The notes beneath the pieces are model-generated. The model saw only the letters and a program-made list of their open reading frames with translations. It did no database searches and had not been told where the DNA came from. From Thermoanaerobaculia bacterium (lineage in GTDB: Bacteria > Acidobacteriota > Thermoanaerobaculia > Multivoradales > Multivoraceae), in NCBI GenBank assembly GCA_963664405.1, contig OY761158.1, forward strand, positions 2,048,001 to 2,112,000: a stretch of 64,000 nucleotides of DNA, read 5' to 3'. Made by a program: the position numbers and the translations under genes. The stretch's first letter is position 1, and every line of letters starts with the position of its first letter. Below are positions 58,101-64,000 of this stretch, piece after piece.

Positions 58101-59436
58101 CGTCGACGTCCCTCCCGGCGGCGTCGCTTTCTACAACTATTCTCAGGGAGGCGTGCGCTACAGCGGCGTCCGGCGCGGCGCTCTTGGGGGCGACGAGGGC
58201 AGCTTGCTGAGCCTCGACTTACCGTTCTCAGACCCCGGCATTCTCGACGTCCATACCGCGACTGCCAACTGGGGCGACGGATCTCCGCTGAACGCTCTCG
58301 ATATCGTGGAGTCAAGTGGAGCCGGGGCGGTGTCCGGTAAGCACGCCTATCGCGACAACGGCTCCTACGACGTCGAGGTCTGCGTGCGCGACGACGAGGG
58401 TGCGGAGGTCTGTGGCACCCTCTTCGCCAGCGTCGGCAACGTTGCGCCGGTGGTCGACGCCGGCCCGGACACCGAGGCGGGACCCGTGCTCCATTTGGCG
58501 GCCTCATTCTCCGACGCTGGGGCGGACGACACCCACACGGCGACCGTGGACTGGGGGGATCTGGGCCCGGTCGAGCCGGTGCCCGTGGAGGGCGGTCCAG
58601 GGGGCGGCACTCTCGCTGCTCCACACCTCTATGCGAGCGACGGTCTCTTCGACGTCGAGGTCTGCGTCACCGACGACGACGGCGACCAAGGCTGCGACAC
58701 TCGCCAAGTGACCATGAGCGCTCTGAACCAGCCTCCGATTCTCACCCTCGACACGCCTCCGCAGGCGGACGAGGGCAGCACGATCCTCTACTCCCTCTCC
58801 TTCGTGGACGCAAACCCCAGCGACGTTCATCAAGCGAGCGTCGATTGGGGAGACGGGACATTTCCCGAAGCGCTCTCTCCGTTCAATGATGGCGGCAGCG
58901 TGGGCTTCGGTACCGGTAGCCATATCTACCTTGATGACGGCCTCTTCCCGATCGTGATGGAGATCTGCGACCCTGAACCGGCGTGTGCATCAGGGAACAG
59001 CGAGGCGACCATCCACAACGTTCCTCCAAGCGTTCTCGGCGGGATCGCGGTCGACGGCGACCTGGTGACCCTTACCGGGACGTTCACCGATCCAGGCATC
59101 CTCGACACTCACTTCGGCATGATCGATTGGGGGGACGGCAGCTCGTCGCCGGCAGTCCTGGGCCCATTCGGGAGCTCCGGGGCAACTCTCGCTGGTACCC
59201 ACACCTACAGCGCCTCCGGCGCTTATCCGATCTTGGTCTGTGTGAGCGACGACGACGGTGGCGAGGGCTGTGTGAACTTGGAGGCGACTCTCAGCGCGGA
59301 CCGAGAAGCCGTCCCGATCCCCACTCTGGAGGGCCTTGGCCTAATGCTGCTGGCCCTGCTGCTGGTCGTCGCGTCGCTGACGATCCAGCGTTGGTCCCGC
59401 CGCCGGCCAAGACACAGCTCGAGGTCGCGCTCCTAG
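55181..59436 (+). CDS. Large surface protein: PKD/Ig-like repeats, Cys/Asp metal-binding motif, thrombospondin-C-like domain, IPTL-CTERM tail (probable frameshift near 55292)
   Basis: Repeated WGDG...H-x-Y...G-x-Y-x-V-x-VCV-x-DDDG; DCDETDAAVNPGA..NGIDDDCN; IPTL-TM-basic tail; the signal peptide only assembles across two frames. Confidence 0.82.
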
Positions 59437-59518
59437 GCCCGCCTCCTCCCCTCACCCGCCGGCTCTCTGCCCCCTGTCCAGGAATGCTAGTCTGGTTCTT
59501 TCCCCTGGGGGAGAGGAG

Positions 59519-60091
59519 ATGGGGCAGGCGGGCGAGATCACCCGGCTCTTCGAGGCCGCTGCGGCCGGCGACGAGTCGGCCTTTGATGCCATCGTAGCCC
59601 GGGTCTACGGCGAGCTCGAAGACCTGGCGGGGCGGCAGATGAGGCACCGCTTCGGCGGCCTGTCCGGTCTGACCCTTGAGCCTGCGGCTCTGGTCAACGA
59701 AACTCTTCTCCGGGTCCTTCGCGAGCCCCGGTCCTTCGCCAACCGCCGGCACTTCTTCGCCTTTTGTTCCAGGGTCATGCGCCGTGTCCTGGTCGACTAT
59801 CAGCGCTCCCGGGGTCGCCAGAAGCGCGGCGGTGGAATGCTCAAGGTCACCCTGACCGAGCTATCGGCCACACTCTCCGACCCCGTGGCCGCGAATGCCG
59901 GAGAGGTTGTGGAGGCCCTCGAGCGCCTGGAGCATCTCGACCCACGCAAGAGCGAGGTCGTCCAGCTGCGGGTCTTCTGGGGGCTCGAGATGAAAGAGAT
60001 CGCAGCCACCCTGGATCTGTCCCTGGCGACAGTCGAGCGGGACTGGCGCTTCAGCCGATCCTGGTTGGCAAAAGAGCTGCGCGTTGCCTGA
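59519..60091 (+). CDS. ECF sigma factor, kinase-associated (TIGR02999-like)
   Basis: VYGELEDLA, TLEPAALVNE, NRRHFFA, QKRGG, TVERDWRFSRSWL; GAGGAG RBS. Confidence 0.92.
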   Translation: MGQAGEITRLFEAAAAGDESAFDAIVARVYGELEDLAGRQMRHRFGGLSGLTLEPAALVNETLLRVLREPRSFANRRHFFAFCSRVMRRVLVDYQRSRGRQKRGGGMLKVTLTELSATLSDPVAANAGEVVEALERLEHLDPRKSEVVQLRVFWGLEMKEIAATLDLSLATVERDWRFSRSWLAKELRVA

Positions 60092-61025
60092 GTCTCCACC
60101 CGAGGCAGTCCCTCTCTCAAGCGGTAGCCGGAGCACTTCACCGACCGCTCAGCGCTTTGTCCGCCTCGAAGAACTGTTCCAGCAAGTCGTCGACCTGGAC
60201 TCTGCCTCGCGCGCCGAAAGGTTGGCGCGGCTCTGTCCCGAGAGCTCGAGCCTACGAGAGTCGGTCGAGCGCCTGGTCGATCTCGACCGGATGACTGGAT
60301 TCGGCACCTTCGCCGGGGCGGGTGTCGCCAGCTCACAGGACCCCCTCGCCTCCCCCGACGCTGTCATCGGCAGCTACAAGGTTATCGGTCAGATCGGGAC
60401 GGGAGGCATGGGCATCGTCCTGGAGGCTGAGCAGTCGGCGCCTCTGCGACGCAGAGTGGCGATCAAGCTCGTGCGCCGGGGCCTCGCTAGCGACTCGATC
60501 GTCGAACGCTTCGAAGCCGAATGCCAGACCCTCGCGGTTCTCGACCATCCCTACGTAGCGAGGGTGTTCGAGGCAGGGTCGAGCGAGGACGGTCGGCCCT
60601 ACTTCGTCATGGAACTGGTGAAGGGAGTGCCGATCTCGCGCTTCTGCGATGCTCGCGAGCTGTCGACGAGGCAACGCTTGGAGCTCTTTCTACGAGTCTG
60701 CGATGGAGTGCAGCACGCCCATCAGAAAGCAATCCTCCATCGCGACCTAAAACCCACCAACGTTCTGGTGGTCGAGACCGAAGACGGCCCGAGCCCGAAG
60801 ATCATCGACTTCGGCATCGCCAGGACTCTCGACGAGGGGGCAGAGCTCGGCCGCACCCGGGTTGGGCAGGTGATTGGCACGCCAGCCTACATGAGCCCGG
60901 AGCAGGCCAGCGGGTCGGGAAGTGTGGCTTTGGACGTACGCAGCGACCTTGGGTTCAAGGGGTCGTCGCAACGTTGCCTTGGTGAGCAGAGTGTACAAAC
61001 TCATCGAAGACTTCGGCAGGGGTTC

Positions 61026-61439
61026 TGAGCGGTCACGGTTTCGTGGACACCAAGTTAAGCCCCATCGGGGCAGTTCCTATTCTGCATCAGTTCGGGTAGT
61101 CAGCTTCGGACGAGGCTGTGCGAGGTTCGGGGAGCGCAGCCTCCCTTCGGATCCGACCGCCGGTCGCGCGTGAGTTCACGCTGCCCCTTCGAAGGCCTCG
61201 GGGCTCAGGAATCCGAGCGTCGAATGCTGGCGTCTCAGGTTGTAGAACACTTCGAGGTAAGAAACCGCTTCGTCGTGAGCTCGCTGACGAGTCTCGAAGG
61301 GTCGGTCCCAGACCTCGGTCTTGAGACTGTCGAAGAAGCTCTCCAAGACCGCATTGTCATAACAATTTCCGACGCCGGACATGCTGCAGCGAAACCGCAG
61401 CTCAGCCAGCCGATCCTGGTAAGCCTTCGAGGCGTACTG
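61026..61439 (-). pseudogene. IS3-family 3' fragment carried as passenger
   Basis: Same as 31637-32050. Confidence 0.9.
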
Positions 61440-61446
61440 CTTGGGT

Positions 61447-62844
61447 TCAAGGAGTCGTCGCAGCGTTGCCTTGGTGAGCAGAGTGTACAAGCTCATCGAA
61501 GACTTCGGCAGGGGTTCTCCAGCCGAGGGTCTTGCGGGGTCGGCCGTTGAGTGCGAGCGCGACCGCGGCGAGGTCGTCGCAGGAGTATCTGACAAGGTCG
61601 GTGCCCTTCGGGAAGTACTGGCGTAGTAGTCCGTTGGTGTTCTCGTTGGTGCCCCGCTGCCAGGGGCTGTGCGGGTCGCAGAAGTAGATCGCGAGGCCGG
61701 TATCGACGCGGAGTTGAGCGTGTTGAGCCATCTCGGCGCCCTGGTCCCAGGTCAAGGACCGGCGGAGCTGCTCGGGCAGCGTGGTGATTGACACCGCGAT
61801 CGCGTCACGGACGGCTTCGGCGCCGTGCCCGGCGAGGGCCGGCCCGTTCTTCACCCTCGATTCGGTCCCGTGCCCTTCCATGCGGGGCAGGTGCAGCAGC
61901 ATCGTGAACCGCGTAGTGCGTTCGACGAGGGTCCCGATCGCTGAGCTCTCGAGCCCGACGATCAGGTCGCCTTCCCAGTGACCCGGCACGGCCCTGTCGC
62001 CGGCTTCGGCGGGGCGTTCGCTGATCATGATCTCCGGAGTTACAAATTTCTTGCCTCTCCCCCGGGTTCGCGCATGCGGCACTCGTAGCGCTCGCCCGGT
62101 TCGCAGGCACGCGACGAGCTCGCGTTTGAGGGCTCCTCGACCTTGGATGTAGAGCGCTTGGTAGATCGCCTCGTGAGAGATCCGCATCGACTCATTATGG
62201 GGGAAATCAATCCGAAGCCGGTTCGAGATCTGCTCCGGACTCCAGGATTTCGCCCAACGCCGATCCTGGCGACGGCCGTGCCGACGGCCGATCCAACGCA
62301 CATCCGGACCCGGCACCAGCTCCCCGTCAGGCCTTGCGATCACGCCGGCGAGGCGGTTCTGCACGTACTCACGCAAGGCATCGTTCGCGGCAAGCTTGGA
62401 GACCTTCGGACGGCTGGCGCGCCGCTCCGCGTGCCACTGCGCAGTCGTGGCCCGATAAGTTACGGCACGGCTGCGAGTCGCCGCGTTGCGGCGCAGCTCC
62501 CGCGAAATCGTCGACGGTGAACGACCCAGGCGGCGAGCGATCTCACGTACCCCAACATGCTGAGCGTGAAGGATGGCGATCTCTTCACGCTCGGCGAACG
62601 ACAGATAACGCCCCGACACCGGAGCCAACGAGATAGGTCGCATTCCACCAGCTTGCCTGAACCATCTCGACCCGACAGCCGGCGACACCCCAGCCTCTGT
62701 TGCGGCGTCCTCGCTGGACGCCCCACGAGCGATCGTCTCCCAGAACCGGATCCGGTCCTCGCGCCGCGCTGTCGAGGGCCGGCCAGGTGACCGCATCTGG
62801 CCACGCATCGCTCGAATCGCACCCTGACACTTGCCAACTCCCAT
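61447..62844 (-). CDS. IS30 family transposase
   Basis: Translation identical to 30232-31629. Confidence 0.96.
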   Translation of the reverse strand: MGVGKCQGAIRAMRGQMRSPGRPSTARREDRIRFWETIARGASSEDAATEAGVSPAVGSRWFRQAGGMRPISLAPVSGRYLSFAEREEIAILHAQHVGVREIARRLGRSPSTISRELRRNAATRSRAVTYRATTAQWHAERRASRPKVSKLAANDALREYVQNRLAGVIARPDGELVPGPDVRWIGRRHGRRQDRRWAKSWSPEQISNRLRIDFPHNESMRISHEAIYQALYIQGRGALKRELVACLRTGRALRVPHARTRGRGKKFVTPEIMISERPAEAGDRAVPGHWEGDLIVGLESSAIGTLVERTTRFTMLLHLPRMEGHGTESRVKNGPALAGHGAEAVRDAIAVSITTLPEQLRRSLTWDQGAEMAQHAQLRVDTGLAIYFCDPHSPWQRGTNENTNGLLRQYFPKGTDLVRYSCDDLAAVALALNGRPRKTLGWRTPAEVFDELVHSAHQGNAATTP

Positions 62845-64000
62845 CGAAACACCTCCATCACGAGATGTTGCGACGACCAGTTGAATCCGCCGACGTCTAC
62901 TCGCTCGGAGTGATGCTCTACGAGCTCCTCGTCGGGAGCCATCCCTTTTTCGAGGGGCCGGACGACGAACCGTCCTTCGACGAGCTCAGCCGCCGGTTGC
63001 GCGAGCAGGAGCCCCCAAGGCCTTCCTCCAAAGTGATGGGCTCGGGGGACGCCGAGCTTCTGGCAGCTCGGGTGCGGGGCACCGTCCCGGCCGCCTTGAG
63101 CCGGACTCTGCGGGAGGAGCTCGACTGGATTGTCCTACGAGCACTGGAGCGTGAACCGGATCGACGCTATGGATCGGTATTGGAGCTTGCCGGCGACCTC
63201 CGCCGGCATCTGCAACACCTGCCGGTCCTCGCCGGCCCTCCCGACTCGATCTACCGCCTGCGCAAATTCGTGCGTCGCAACCGCTGGCCGGTGACCGGCG
63301 CTGCGGCTCTGGCTCTGGCCCTCGTGGCTGCCGTCGCCGGCACCTCGGTCGGCATGGTGCGCGCGCGCAGGGCAGAAACTGCGGCCCAGGCCGAGGCCGA
63401 AGTCGCCGAGGAAGTGACTCGGCTGCTCACGGATCTCTTTGCAGCTGACAACCCCTACCAGTACGGCAGCGAGCGACCCACCGTGGAGGAGATCCTCGAG
63501 GCGGCCTCACAGCGGCTCGAAGAGGGGAAGGTCCGGGACCCGCGAGTTCGCCGCAGGCTCTCTCGGGCGCTCGCAGATCTGGCTCTGGCTCACGGTCACT
63601 TCGACCAGGCCAGGGACCTTCTCGAGAGGGCCGCAGGAGACCTCTCGAGTCGTGCCGCCGACTCGAACGACTCGCTAGAGATCCGTCTCAAGCTGGCTAC
63701 CGTCGATCGCCAATCAGGCCGACTGCAAGAAGCCAGCGACCGTCTCGAGGAGCTTCTACCTGAAGCCCGCTCGCGTCTGGGCGAGAAGGACCCTCGCCTC
63801 GGGCTCGTTCTCCTGGAACTAGGGCTGGTCCAGGCCGACCTGCAGCGCCCACGCCAAAGCGAGACCTGGTTTCGACAGGCTCTCTCGGTATTTCGAAGCT
63901 CGGATGCAGCTCCCGCAGAGCTCGCCACGTCCCTCTCACAACTGGCGCTGGTGAGCGATGAGCCGGAGGAGTGTCTGGAGCTCGCCGAAGAGGCTTTGGA

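Larger units (their letters stand above)
60948..62891 (-). mobile_element. Composite IS30-family element, copy 2 (1944 bp)
   Basis: Reverse complement of 30185-32128; flanked by GAC direct repeat (60945-60947, 62892-62894). Confidence 0.95.
60084..64000 (+). pseudogene. Membrane Ser/Thr protein kinase with TPR-like C-terminus, interrupted by the IS; runs off the window
   Basis: GTGGMG, VAIK, HRDLKPTN, DFG, GTPAYMSPEQ, DVRSD|IS|DVYSLGVMLYELL...ELDWIVLRALE...RRY. Confidence 0.93.

Overview
GC-rich bacterial chromosomal window. The gene content suggests an Acidobacteriota-like organism (inference): an ECF sigma/Ser-Thr kinase-TPR pair, an IPTL-CTERM surface protein and a DUF1592-DUF1552-ankyrin cluster. 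Most genes serve CoA-dependent, redox and hydrolytic catabolism; purU, a CsoR-regulated metal permease, a RelE/RHH toxin-antitoxin pair and an ABC exporter are also present. No rRNA, tRNA or CRISPR array was seen. The unusual content is mobile and non-coding. (1) Two inverted copies of a 1944-bp composite element: an IS30 transposase, a captured IS3 tail and a second IS30 right end. One copy disrupts a Ser/Thr kinase and the other splits a hairpin element. (2) A RAYT-like Y1 HUH transposase gene. (3) Eight small structured intergenic elements in three families, mostly CTAG-bounded and often at stop codons. One is an ERIC-like rod family whose outer stems differ completely in sequence yet remain paired. 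(4) Nested mobile-element remnants and a gene-fragment debris zone. Several single-base frameshifts may be sequencing errors.
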